A stretch of 64,000 nucleotides of DNA, from the NCBI RefSeq assembly GCF_964355755.1, contig NC_092670.1:30864388-30928387 (forward strand). Direction: 5' to 3'. Of this stretch, positions 37,815-53,100 are shown one piece after another; the first letter of the stretch is position 1, and the number at the start of each line of letters is the position of its first letter. A program made the position numbers and the translations under genes. The DNA is from Antedon mediterranea. Lineage: Eukaryota; Animalia; Echinodermata. Below the pieces are notes generated by a model. The model had not been told where the DNA came from. It did no database searches and was given only the letters and a program-made list of their open reading frames with translations.

Positions 37815-39459
37815 CAAGTTTACATTGCAAATTAGTGATGTGTAAAGTATCAAACAATCGATGGACAACCGTGGCTGTTATATAGTATTGTAACGAGGTT
37901 TACACAATAGTATTGAAAATAGCTTGTAACAAATACGTACAGAATATTGATGAACATAAATCCTCTTTATATTCAAAGTCACTGTCTATGTGGTTTTAGC
38001 GCTATTCATAATGTTTTTCTACGGATATCAACTTTCATCCGATCTCTGCGCTCACACGTTTTTGTTTGTTTTTCCGACATTGATCAGTAAATGCGTTGTC
38101 CATACTGTACTGTTGTACCAAAAAATAGGACAAGTCCATGTTTTACCGTTCACCGAATTAAATATTAATTTTACCAAATCACAAACATAAACACACGCTT
38201 ACGATGCTCTTCCCGAGCACTTTTACATAAATATTGTTTGTAGATATTGCATTATGTTTTATTAAATGACGCCCAGGGCCTCTTCTTGAAACGACACCTC
38301 ACAATGAAGCGGATTGATTAATACCACCGCTATAGATCTTTTAAAATTGTATATAAATAATAGGAATTAATTGTATAGCCTACTAATTATAATTCATTTT
38401 TTTTTCAATAACGATAACTAATCGTCTAAAAATATGCTTGTATTGATTGGAGGAAAATAAACGTCTACAAATTGTATAGAATAGGGTAACAAAAGCTATA
38501 GAATTAATTGTATAGCCCTAACTGTACTGTACATTTTGTTTTGCTGGTGTTACTATGATAATAATAGTATCATTTGATGCTCGTTTCCCTACTAAGTAAC
38601 ACCAGCAAAACAATACACATACAAAACAAAAACACATACTAAATATCTCTGAACTAATTCCGTTCGGTATTTCTTACAATACGGTACTGATATTATATAG
38701 GCCTATAGGCTTAAAATAAATGTAGGCATCTTTTTATTTTCGATTTTTTTCAATCGTTTTACTCATATTCTATATCATGAATTATGTGATTATAAATACT
38801 CCGTAGAATATTCATAGAATGATTATGTTTACGGTATTGTTCTGTAACCAGTCTGTCACTTCAGCTCAAACATAATGACCAGCCTATTGTAATCGGTACC
38901 ATCATTGTCACACTGGTCAGTAAATGTCCTGGTACCGCCACCACTGACAGATTATTCTGTGATTGTTTTATTTTTATTGTTAATTAAGAGATTAGTCTAA
39001 GCTTGACGGGTAGACCTGTAAATAAGAATGCCAGGCACAGGTTCGTGTTGATTATAGCATAGAGTAATACTGTAGTTACTCCATGATTATAGATAGCCGC
39101 TTTGAACTAAATGCTAATTATAATGAACAGTTTATACACATCGTACATAGAAAAACACACAACACAGAAAGGGGGTGGGGGCTATTCTACGTAGCCCATT
39201 TAGAGAATGGCTGGGTCTCCGTCTAATTGTAAAATAATGAAAAAAAGTAGCCAACACAGATCACGGTCAAATTGAGTACAATAACCGCTTTAGTATTTTC
39301 TGATAATAATATAATACGGAACAGGTATAATATAAAAAAGACATGACTGATAATTATGATGGTATATAATTTGTTCGATAGGATTCATGACATAAAACGG
39401 CTACCGTACCTTTAAAAAAGCACAATGCGTAGCGTCCTTGTGATGTTTTTTATTTTAGG

Positions 39460-39698
39460 AGTGGAGTTGTGGCTTATGATGCTTGTCTACCACTACTCCA
39501 ATGCTCCTGGGTTCAAGTCCCGTCACATTTCAGGATTTTTTCTAAGGACCAATTTACTCCACTCCCAACGACTTGTAATAAGAATTTGTTTATGTGGAGC
39601 ATCTTGTGTATATGTTTGTCTTGTGAACCTCTGAGGGTCCCTAATGATCAGCAATAGGTGGATGGATCACCCTCATTAAATATGGTTAAAAAAAAAAA
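39460..39698 (+). mobile_element. tRNA-derived SINE, copy 1
   Basis: B box GGTTCAAGTCC, partly deleted A box, body highly similar to 44377-44628, A-rich tail. Confidence 0.8.
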
Positions 39699-41115
39699 TG
39701 TTTTCGTATTAACATCAATTAGCTGCGTGTGTATAACACTAATGTATTTATAGAAATCACAAAGGTGTAATACAGTAGGCTATCCATATTTGCATATAAT
39801 TCTAAACAAACGAACGCCTGAATGATCTTGGTAGTTTGTATTGAACAAACTGAAAGTAGGGCCTAATAATCAAGTATCAAGTACAGTAGTCTGTAACTTT
39901 TTAAAACTTTATTTTCAAGAAGCGACTTTGTATAATAATATTAGGATTGTAATTATAATAGCGATTGACGAAATAACGTTGGTATTCTGGTCTCCTTATT
40001 AATTATAAGCCAATATACTAATAACCGATATATAACAATAGGCCTAACATTAAATTATAAATGTTTAATAATAAAACTAATACCGGTATTTGATGTAATA
40101 TTTGGAAATGTTGTCGTCAAGAGCATAGGCCTACCAAAAAATGTATAGAAACATAATCGGTAAGTTATATTCAAATGATTGTTATAAATTGTTATCATAA
40201 CATTTTGAAGATTCAGTATGCCCTTAATTGTTGAGCTTATAAACACACTAGTCAAATGAAAATCCCCGAGAAAAATCAATTCAGGTTCGTGTTGATTTCC
40301 TATGCTAATTCTTGTTGTAAGTAATTATGAATTGAAATTAGGCCCAACTGAAAAGTTACGTCTGTAGCAATGTTGAGGGCGCTATATGAATAGTATTGTC
40401 AGAGCCATATATATAAATATGGCTCTTTGTATTGTAATACCAGGTTATTTCCATATATTAAATAGCACATGTTGGTAAAATATGAAACATTAAAATGATG
40501 ATTTTTTTTTCATTCATTCTTAATACAATTCCTTGACGAAGTAGAACACATGCCACAACACACAATATTATTATATATCTCAATATATGTATTTATTATG
40601 CTAGGACGGAACAAAGTGGGCACTGACCAACAGTATCAAATTTAATGATACCTCTATATTATTATTTATATAATTATTTATGTTATGCTTATAATATTTT
40701 TAAATTTACATAGGCCTATCTGTACATATATTAATTGAGGTGTTAATGATTTAAATTTCTTCTTTTCTTCTTCTTTAAATATTGCACAATGCATACATGT
40801 AAACACAAACTAATTGCACTATCGACAGAAGATATTTATTTGTTGTAATATTTAAATTTAAAGCCTACTTTATATTTATTCACAAACGTTTTTTTTATTT
40901 TGAGTTGAGTTTTTTTTTAGTTTAATGTTAAAGAACATCACACATGGTTTCTTGAGTCATTACATACGTGACATTTTTTACATCAACATTCATTTTGAAG
41001 GTAGTGTTTGAGGAATTAGGGCTGTGTTCTAAAAATGCTTATAGGGTATTTATTTATAAAAGTCTAGCGATGGTTACTATAGGATGGTATAACATAGTTA
41101 CCCATTGCGATGTGT

Positions 41116-44100
41116 TCATGGACCTACAAGACAAAAACAAAACATTATAAATTGATTTATTGAATAAATAAACAATGAAGAATGAGATTTATTTAGTTAG
41201 AATAGATTATTGCTTTAAAATTGAGACTAGGACTGTTTATTTCCAGGACAACCACATGGGAGAGACCTTGGCATAATCTGTGTCTGACATCACCATGGTT
41301 GCTATTAGTTTTACCCGGTTTGATCATATGTTAGAGAAAAAGAAATGTAATGGCCACCCAAAAATGAGTGAGTGACTTCACATGCCATGTGAAGAGTTTA
41401 GGTTACTCTTTTTGAAACAAAACTGATGGCAACTCCAATTTTGGACCAAGTATGGACATCATTTTGGTACCAAATCATACAATACCATGACAAATAGATG
41501 AAATAATTGTTACTAATGACATATGGCGGCCATATTGAATTCCAAGATTTTTTTTTTTTAACCATATATTTTATATGGGCCATGTATGTAATGATGGATC
41601 CTTGAATTATTATTTTCTCATGAAGGCTGTTTTAAGACTGATATCAATAGTTACATGAACATCAACTTACCACTTTGACATGGGTGATCACATGTACAAC
41701 CAGTGTACAATGGGATGGCACCATCTTCAAGTTCTCCATTAGGACATGTCAACTTGATGATGTCATAGGTTGGTCGTTCGTTGCCATCATCATCACGTAA
41801 TGGTGCATCTATGTAACCTTGGCAGCAACGGCAACCAGATGTATTTGGCGAGTCTAAAATTATCTCACTGCTCATTTGACATCGTCCAATGCAAACTGGA
41901 ATGCTGACATCATCTGCGCGGCATCCACGGCTGTTGGTAACGTTACGTGGCTCGATCGCTAAATGGCATGAATCTTCAGGTTCTAACAAAGAAAAAAAAA
42001 TATTGGTAAACAATTTGAAAAGAAAATAATTGATACATTTCTATTTACCTTGGTTTATATATTCACACACTATTAAATATATTTACATTGTGTATACATA
42101 TACTTCAATATTATACACATTTACTATGCATTATGCATCTTATTGTTTCATCGTCATGGTAAATTTCCAACCACAAACATGCATGTCTAAACAAATAGGA
42201 ACCAATTGTGAGTGATGTGCCCAAATATGGTAGTGATATGATGTCATCATGTCCCTATATGGACACACAACATAAAGTTTGGTAGTGTAGACAGTCCTTT
42301 AGTCAGAAATGGTGTAGGAGGATATAGTTTGAACACTGGCTTACCATATGTTTTCTCACACACAGGACAGCATTCACCTTCTTTAACAACCAGTTCATAT
42401 CCCTATTTAAAATTAAACATAACATAACATATACATAAGCATAATAATAAACAGAAATGTATTCACATACTGTTCATAAGATTGTTCATACAATTCAAAC
42501 ATAATTGAAAGTCATATAAAAGCATTAGTATTATGCAATGTTTTTTTATGAATATTGATATTGAAGTTACTAGTCAAATTATCATTTTCTGGATTTATAA
42601 TATTAAGGTGTTTGAATTTGTTGACATGCATTTCATATTTTCTTCTTGTAAATATACAATAAAAAAAAAAAAAATATGTACATTTTTAGATTTAAGTTGG
42701 TCAAAATAAGCCCTTTCACTATTAATAAATATAATCAACTTAGGAAACTGAGGAAAATGTAGACCACATACAGTCCATTATTTTCTGTGCTTTGGTTCCT
42801 TTTATTTTTTACTTACGCTTTCACATAGAGGTACTTCACAGTAGCTGTAGCATTCTACTTCTCCATTCTTACAAGAGCACTCTGTGCAGTTGTCTGTCTT
42901 CCAGATATCACCAGCTTCATGAACGGTGCCTTCATGTACGCACTCACACTCATGTGGTGGAACACATTCTCCGTCTTCGTTCAGATAATAACCGACATCG
43001 CAGATACAGGCCTCATATGTTTCACCATCACATTCTAGTTCCTCATTGGAGGCATAATTGCGACAAGACTGAATCATGCAGTCTTTGGTGTAACGATTGA
43101 ATACCTCATTGTCTTCACATACTGTGAATATTAAAAGTAGAAACGTTTTTTAATTTGCATACTGTGCAGTACATTAAAGAGACTATCCTGTAGTAATACA
43201 TTAAAAATGTAGAGTAAAGTTCTGTTTACACTATCAAACTAGTTGGACAAAAAAAGTAATGTGCCCAAATTTGGTAGTGATATGACATCATCGTGTACAT
43301 TTACGGACAGATCACATTTTTTTGTCACATAAAGTGTGATAGTGTAGACAGAGCTTAAGAAACTAATGAAACAGGATTTGTTTTAGTATTAGATAACACT
43401 GGACTGAAGCCTTGTTCTGAATTTAGCAGAAGGAGCTTAGAGATATCTGATTTAGAGAAGGTGTCAAAAATGTTATCAATATACGTACTGCAGTCTCCAG
43501 CATAACATTCCTCTTCTTTGATGTCCTCTCCGTGGCACTCTTCACCACCATATTGTCTTGCTGGGTTATTGGGTGTACGTGTGGCAGCTCTTCTTCCGGA
43601 TCCACAATTGGTGGAACATTCTGACCAATCGGACCAATTGCTCCAACCACAATCAACTACAAATATTAAATAAATCAAAATTATTAGCAATCGGGTATGG
43701 TGTCAATACAAACAGTGAAACAGAGGTAATCATGGGTTGTTAAGTCTTATACACATATAAGTTAGTATATGTATTAAAATCTGCTCAGTTATGATAAAAC
43801 TAAGTGTGTAATATAGTATTTTTATAATTTTTAAATATAATAGCTACTCAGCATAGTCAATGGTCACTCACAATTTTAGTATGCGGTTTTAAAAATGCAT
43901 GTTTGTATTTTATATGATAAGAAATTGTAAATTATACAGTAAGCATTGTATTATAGTCTAATCTGATGGTGAGTGATATTCATAACATTATGTAACATCT
44001 CTGTCAATAGGAAATTATCAAATGATTTTAATTTTTAATTTTAGATAATTATCACATACCATCACAATCTTCATCTCCGCAAACGAATCCACCCATCTCG

Positions 44101-47100
44101 CATGTACAGTTGTTACATTTATGTTGGATGACCGTTCCTGGTACATATTCTTCGTCGAGCAATGTCAAAGGACTTCCACCAAACACAGATGGTTCAACAA
44201 CACAACGGCATTCGGTTGGTTCAACACATTCTCCATCTTGTAATACCTAAAACAAAGCAAAAATTGAAAAGTATTTATTTTCGTCCTCTGGCTTAAAGAT
44301 GTATTGTCCTCCAAAAACATGAAAAATGAAGATTAATTAAAGCAGACTTTGAATAGGTTATTTTGTAGTTTTAATAAGTGGAGTTGTGGCTTGGTGGTTA
44401 TGATGCCTGTCTACCACTCTAAGGATCCTGGGTTCAAGTCCTGTCACATGTCAGGATTTTTTCTAAGGACAAAATTATAACTCCACTCCCAAAGACTTGC
44501 AAAAGACTTTGTTTATGTAGAGCATCTTGTGTATATGTTTGTGAACCTGTGAGGGTCCCTAATGATCAGCAATTGCTGGATGGATCACCCTCATTAAATA
44601 TAGTTTAAAAAAAAAGAAAAAAAAAAAATTCAACCAACCAACCAACTTTTTTCAGGTAAACAAATTTTTTTTCTATCAAATTTTTGGTCAAAGTGGATAA
44701 CTATTATAAGACAGTAAAATGGCATATTCAACAAAAAAAATTTTAATAATTATTTTTTCAGTGGGACAATACATCTTTAAGTGGAAATACACTGAAGAAA
44801 TTTGGATTAGGCCGTTTAGGCCTACCCAAAATCAGCACACCGGAAGACAATCCCATACACTTTCTAAATAGGGTTCAGACACATTCTTTAAGATGCACTG
44901 TATGTACATGGGACCAAAGGTGGATTTACCTCCAATCTGAAGAACAGGACAATGAGACAAGCATCTTGCCTAAGGATACAATCAATATGGCACAGACAGG
45001 CACAAACCCATGCCTATCACATCCTAGTCTGATTGCTTTATCATTACACCATTTCTCCTGGTCTATACAGCATGTGATTTTCCGGGTGCAACATTGCTTA
45101 ACCTTGGTTTGTCTGTGCAATTAACTGACAATGAATAACAGTATGTATAAAACAAGAACCATTCTTACCATTGCAGCTGGGCACCTGCAGCCAGGTACAC
45201 ATTCCTCTTGTTGACAACTGTTGCCATCATGCATGTCACCACATGTTGTTGGACAGATATTTGCACAATCAGACTCAACCAATGGGGCTTCACATATGGC
45301 TAGAGAAGAACAAATATATGTATTTATATTGTTACTATATATGCATCCAATTTACTCATATTGTAACTATTGCCATAGGTTTAGTGTGCCAAAGAGTAGT
45401 ATTTAGTTTATATTTACATATTTAGTTATTCATCATCATCAACAACAATAAAAATAATAAATTACACTATGATTTTTCATCATGATAATGAAATATAACT
45501 TACTACATGGGTCCATGTTACAGTGTTTAGTTGCTGTAAGTGGTTCTGTGCACGGAACACCATTGAACATATCTGGTATCAAGATCTCACGAGACTTGTG
45601 CATCTCACCACTATCACATGTGACTGGACAATCGCTCCAATCCGACCACTCGGAGTAGATACAGTCGACTAAAATATAATTAATAATATAAAAGTCAGGG
45701 AATAAATTTAATATAGAGGTAGTTTGGAAAATAATTCTGACTACTATAATTATAAAATTCTTTAATTCTGAAACTACTGTAACCACTTGTTTACCCTTTC
45801 TTATAATGCAGCAGACACTACTACTACTACTGTATTGGTTGTATGAGCAGAGCTTGAATTTTGTACATAACAATTACAAAGAGATTACATATTACAGAAC
45901 AAGAACTATGTACGCAGAAGAAAACATTCTGTTGGTATTTTTCTAATAAACACTACACAATATTTTCGTACCTGGGCATGGATTGATATTGCAGTGTCGT
46001 TCATCCATTTCTTCTCCAGGGCAAGGGTTATCAGCAGATTCTCCAATGCAGATACGCTCACGTATTTGAACTCCAGCATTGCATGTGGCAGAACAAATTG
46101 TCCACTCTGACCATTCTGTCATGTAAGCGCAGTCGTCATCTACGCAGTTGAGGGCACCATCCTCGCAAGTACTAAGGGAAATAGAACATTCTTTAATTAA
46201 TCACAGATTCTCACACATTTTTATGTAATATTAAAGGGACGGAGGCCTAATTTAAATATATATGTATATTTACATGTCATTTCACCTACCAATTCAAACA
46301 GTTGAAATGTAACATCTCGCCTGGTAAGAATACTCCTTCAGGGCCTGAACCAGTTGGCACTGGTAGTGGTAGACTAGTTGTTGGGCTTGGTGCTGGTCGA
46401 TTTGTTACACCGCCAACAGGTACAGGAGTCAAAGCTGGTGGTTCTTGTCCTGCAATCATTAAAGTAATTTTATAAAGTTCACATTAAAAATATTTGTTAC
46501 ACTGTTTATTGTAAGTAATTTTCCACTCCTTAACTGGTTCTTTTTTAGTAATTATGTCCACATGTCTTGACTCATGCATGCACCTTTAATATTATTACAG
46601 TAACACACATTTATTTAATGAATAATAGCACCAGTAAGATTATCTGTTCTGTAAAATACTGTTGTAAATGTCGATAATCAGTTTACAGTTACTACATTAT
46701 ACTGGAAACAATCAAAGACGTTGTAGATTATAATAAAATGTTAACATATTGTTACCTGTGTATGTGCATCCAAGTATGCTCATTCTAAGCTTGGCTGGGT
46801 GGTCTGGGCTGACTAGTGGTACGATTGAGATGGACTGAGCTCTTAGGCCACCAAAAGGTAGTGGAACTTCAACAGTAGTTGAATCGTCTACATTGGCATT
46901 GAAAATCTATGGAATACACAATTAAGCAAACCTTTTAAAATACTGTATGCAAGTACTAACAAGGTTTGGCCCATGTTAACTAAAAAATATATTGTATATA
47001 TTACAAACAATCACATAATTCTCATGTCATACATAAACAACTTACAAGAGGTGTTCCATCTTGTCCACGTAATGTTTGTAAATTATCAGCGTTTTTCTCC

Positions 47101-50100
47101 TTGTAGACAATTACTAATCTTTCCATGTAAGCATTTGTTGAAGGACCAGCTCCAGAAATTGCTAATTTAGTTATAAACTTCTCTTCTTCATAGGTGATTG
47201 TTATGAATTCACCAGACCAGCCTTCTCCCTCTGGAAGAATTTCCTCTGGGATATCAGCTGGCATATCCAAGGGTTCAAGACAGTCCTCTGGAGAAGATAA
47301 TATAATAATACATTGAAGAATTAACAGAAATGTGCTTTGTAGTTGTCAGAGGTGGTGAGGATACACATTTCCACTCAGCCTAAAGTTTTCTTTTACAAAC
47401 CTTATGTCAACCCAGCACCCTACACTTAAAAACTCTAGAAGTAAAACTATAGTTAATGTAATTTTCAAAGCTTTCTTTACAGTATTTATTTAATGTCAAA
47501 ATATGATTTGCTGTGATTGATTGAATTACATACATATTTCTTTCATGGTAATTAGTTAACAGTATCATTGACAGTTAATGCTGTTTTTTTCATGGCTTTT
47601 GAATTAGCTAGGGATATACACATTTTACTGTAGAAAACACTTATATAAGAAACTCACCTGGGAATTCAAAGATGAAATACTCCTCTGATTTTGGTTTTGA
47701 TGGGAGAACAGGTGTGACCTCTTTGTTTTCTTCAATGACCTTTTGGAGAATTGTCATATCCATATTACAATAGCATTCTTCTACAGGCACACAGAAGCCA
47801 TCTTGCATGTACTCTCCTTCAGGGCATTTACATCCAGAAAGACAAAAGTCTTCTTGGACACATTCAATGCCTTGCGATTTCTCCAAGCATGTAGTCTGGC
47901 ATTCATTAGCACAGAAATCAAATACCATTCCCCTTGATTCACAATCCTCACCTAACGGTCATAAGAAATGAATTAATGACATGATTAGTTACAATACTTT
48001 ATTGAATACATGTGGGTTTTAGTTAACAAAATACAAAATGATAAAATGATGAAAGGGTATATATTTATTACATTAATATTACATTTAATTGTTTCATATT
48101 GTTGTGACATGCTTACCTGGACAAAGGTGTGTATTACAATGTTCAATTACACTGAGTACGCCATTACATGGCTTACCACCGAACAAATCATACTGTTCAA
48201 TACCGCGCCATCTACTGCGGTGTCCGCCATTACATGCTGCACTGCATGGGGACCATGGATTCCATTCAGCGAAAACACAATCAACTGTAAAAAAAAAAAT
48301 ACCATTTGATAAACATATCTATATATAATAACTATTACTGATTTATCATGGAAAGTGAGAGCTATGTATGGCTGTCAGAACAACTATACAAATGTATTCA
48401 TTCAAATCAAATTGGTTATTAATGTGCATGCATACTAAAATTTGCATTTATTTTTTGTGACATGAAAAAATCTGCAGCCAATCATAACTCAATTTTTACT
48501 ACTATAACTACTATAATGACTTAAATACTCACTTGGACAAGGGCTTCTTGTTGGACATTGAGATGTTTGCATTGGAATACCTTCACAGCCAATACCACCA
48601 TCTTCAACTGGTGGGTTTGGTGAGGGGTTGGTGCAAGACCTGTATCGTACCACAGTGCCAGGTTCTGTTCCACAGGAGACGTTACAATCACTCCATGGCT
48701 CCCAGTTACTCCATCCTCCTGGAACTAGATATCAAATAATAGGATAATGATAATTATTTTACTGAACAGAAGGAAGTGGAAAAACATACAACAAGCAATG
48801 AATAGATGTAAATTAGATCATATAAAAAAAAATTACCTTTGCATTCTATTTCTGAGCATTTAAGATCTCCAGATTTGCATTCACTAATAATAAGAAAAAT
48901 CAAATATTTATAAAAGGAAACACTGAAAACTAAAACCAGACAAAGTTAATTATTATTAATTATAAATGAATAGCCTTCTTAAATTAATATTGATAAGTGA
49001 GTCATAGTCTGGTATGATAGATGCTTATAAAAGTGTAAGTTTTTAATTTAAATCATAAACACTTGTAAAGGGACAAATCATGTGAAACTATAAGTATATA
49101 AAAAAGTCATCCATTTGATAAGAACATTTTGAGTAGCGTTTAAAATGTTATGGATTGAAAAGAACGAGATGTAGGCTGTGTTAAAATAGAGAAGTACAGC
49201 TGTATGGAGGAAGTAGACTGTCATGGACCTGCAAAATGGCAGATGACAACGTAGACAAGGTAGGCAAAGAAAAGTTGCTTCCATTTACGCTGACTCTCAC
49301 CAGCTTGAAACTCATAGATACCGTAATATATAATTAGAATCTATTTATACTTCTGAATTCATAGTTAGACAATTCTTACCAGTAGGCACAGTCAAGTGTT
49401 ATGTTCATTCCGGCTTCAACTTCATAACCAGACAACGGATTGGATCCTGATGGTGTTGTTATAGATGGCAGTTGGTTGTATATATCTTGAATGTCTACAA
49501 CACATCTACACTCTTCTGGTTTAACACATTCGCCATCTTGCATTACAGTACCCTACAGTAAACAAAAAAATGTATATATAAAAAAAAAAATAATATTCGT
49601 ATATGCAATGAATGATTCTAATTTAAATTACCATAGCATAAGTAGAGTTACCTACTGATAAAATAGACTAGCCAATAAATAATTAGGTACCTTTCATATC
49701 GATGTCTATAACGAACTTATTAAAAGCATGAGCATATCTGTTTAATATTTTAAGGTGTTGAAGAAGCAGTATACCAACCACATGCACATAAGAATATTCT
49801 GCGACCGTACCCTGAAGCCTAGCTATTCTATGTCTAGGCCTAAACAGTGTTTATGGACTATTGTAGAAGTTACAACTAACCTCTGGGCAGCCACATCCAT
49901 AAACACATTCTGCATTGTCATTAGCACATTCAGAAGTAGAGCTGAGATCAACACAGCTAAGTTCACACTCATTCAAACAGTCTCGGAATACAAGTGGTTC
50001 TTCGCAAACTATTATAAGAGTAAAGAAAATCATATAAATTATAATTACATATAATGTATCTTTCTTATAATAAAAATAATACTGCAGTTTAGTTTTTACT

Positions 50101-53100
50101 GTTATGAATGCATAGGGCTTATAGCATGTACAGACTGTTCTATTATTCTATAGGGATGACAAAGTACATTTAAATTTACACCAAATGGCACATGGAATGG
50201 TAATCCCTTACCTGGACAGGCAGGTATTTCACACATCCTAGTCTTTGTTACTGCTCCAACACATGGTTCTCCACCATTTTGTTCTGGAAGTCTCTGTCTG
50301 GTTGTGAACTGCTCTTCAGTTCCACAATCTTTGGTGCATTCAGACCATGTTTCCCACTCAAGCCATTCACAATCAACTATACGTATAAATAAAAGATAGT
50401 ATAAAACGCATAAGATATCAATGCTGTTGTTAATTTTCTATTGAATAATCTGTTATTTGTGGGCATGATAATTCCATTATACAGTACCTGGACAATACTT
50501 CTCATAGCAAATCTCAGTCTGTGTATCATCACCATCGCAGTCTTCTCCACCGTACTGTGGTTCTGGACAGCCACACTCCCGTTGGCGTATGATCTCACCC
50601 ATACCGCATTCTTCAGAACAATTTGACCAAGGTTTCCATTCACACCATTCACCATTAACTGTAGGAAGTAGGAGATAAAAACAATTGTTGATATTGGATT
50701 GCTTCTTTGATACTGGAGAGAAAACTTTAATTGGTTGGAAGCTCCGTCTTTACTTGGGGCATTGATCCCTTTGCAGCTCAAAAAATGAAGCTTTACTGGG
50801 ATTGGGTGCAGATAAAGCGTCAAAGTCAACTCATAGATATTTATAGTATTTCTATTTATAGTAGGTCTTTATACTGCAAGTGTTGAAAAGATGGTTATCA
50901 GGGTTAAAAATTCCAATATACTGTACCTGGACATGGGGACATGGTACAGTTTTCAGTTTCAGATGCTGTTCCATTTAAGCACACAATTCCAACCTCGGTT
51001 TCATTGCAGCTACGTGTACGAACGATACTTCCTTCACCACATGTTACGCTGCAGCTTGACCAGCGAGACCACTCAGGTGGAACATCTGCAAACAATTATA
51101 TAATATATAAGTTTAACTAACTTAGAATAATTGTATTATATTCCTAAAGTTTCTATTAAACTATTAACTAGAACGTACTTAACCTAATTGTATATATTAT
51201 ATATTTTAAACTTACAAGTACATGTTCTTGTGCATTCCATAAATCCATTTCGGCAAACACTGTTGGAATAAGGAAAACAATTGATTATTATGTTTACTCT
51301 ACATATATGGTTTATAATAGGATTGCTGATTTAATAGAGAGTCTAGCATTAGACTTTTTAACAAGCCTTTTAAATGTTTCATTTATTCTGTTTTTTTATA
51401 TTTTACTTTATTATGGCTATTATTATTCTCAATTTAGTCATAGGTGACAAACATGTTCACAGGACAAACATGCCTCTAAGTTATGGGCTCACAAAATACA
51501 ATACAAAAAGAAAAAGAAATGTTACCATTCAGAGCATTTGGTTTCCACAACTTCATCTCCTTGATAGATAACTCCTTCATGTATGCAATACACAGGACAA
51601 TCTTCCAGGTCACATGACTCACTTTCTTGATTATCTCCCTCACATTCCTTTCCTCCATTGGAGGCTGGAGGGTTGTTACCAGATCTAGAAATGTTGAAAT
51701 TTAAATGTTAATTATTCAGTTCCCAGCTATTTTTTCATACTCTTTTATGTTTACTATTAGAAGTCCTTGTATTCAAACCCACGATCCGTAGTCTAGTCCA
51801 ACACACTGCCCCACACGCCCTTACATATACTATTTCCTTACCTGTATCTGTATTTAGTTTCGTCTCCACATTCTTGTGTACATTCATACCACACTGACCA
51901 TGAGCTCCACTCACAATCAACGGCGCAAAGTTCTTCAGTGCATTCAATTCGACCATTCATACATGTACTGGAGGTTAATATAAATAAACAATTGTTAACC
52001 CCGATTGAAGAAATAATGGACTTTATCAGAAAATCAAACATTGTTTTATTTTACTATCATTTATATTACTTTAATATAATTATTAAAACTCAAATAGGAA
52101 AATACAGTACCATTAACATGATAACTACAGATCATATTTTTATTAGAACAATGAATTCAATAGTATTATAAGGGAATTCAAACTTTACCGTAGATGAATT
52201 ATTTATCAAATTCTTTCAAAAGATTTATTTTTATATTTTGCGATATATTTCAGAATGAATAGTAGGTACAATTGAACCTCCTTAAGCGACCACCTACTGT
52301 AAGCAACCATCTCCCTTAAAGACTGTTTGTTCTCCCTATCTAATTAGTGCATTTGGTACCTCCCATAAGCGGCTACCTCCCTTAAAAATTAATTAACATG
52401 ATAACTACAGATCATATTTTTATTAGAACAATGAATTCAATAGTATTATAAGGGAATTCAAACTTTACCGTAGATGAATTATTTATCAAATTCTTTCAAA
52501 AGATTTATTTTTATATTTTGCGATATATTTCAGAATGAATGAATACACATTCACATACCAATTGTTGCAATCAATTTTCTCTGTAGCTCCAACAGGCCAC
52601 AGTTCATTATTCTCATCCAAACATTCACACTGACTTTGCTGGACACAGTTACCATTATAATCTGCCAGCATGCCATCTGGGCATCTGCAACCAGGCTCAC
52701 AGTCTTCCTCGTCGCTGCACTCCATACCCTGTTTCAGCTGGTCACAGCGACTAGGGCAACGGTTAGCACATATTGGGTCATACACCATGGGAGATTGGCA
52801 TTCCTCCTCTAAAAATTGTAAGTTGAAATCACATTAGAAATCAGATTTGAATATTGTAAAAAAGAGAACCACTTTGTAGTAAAGTGAAAGCAGTATCCTT
52901 AGATTAGTTACTGAAGTTTTTGTAACAAATTTACACCCATTTTAAAGCATAACCTACTACAAACGTACAAAATAATGTAATGCCTTCATGATGAAAATTA
53001 GTATATGTAGAGTACAATCTCGAACCTAAATAAAAGCAATAAAACAGAGCAGTAAAAATAGAACCTACCACAAGGTGCAACATTACAGGTCTTAGTCTCC

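Noticed and set aside
44377-44450. Functional tRNA gene
   Set aside because: Pol III boxes continue into a non-tRNA body and poly(A) shared with a second copy, which is SINE structure.
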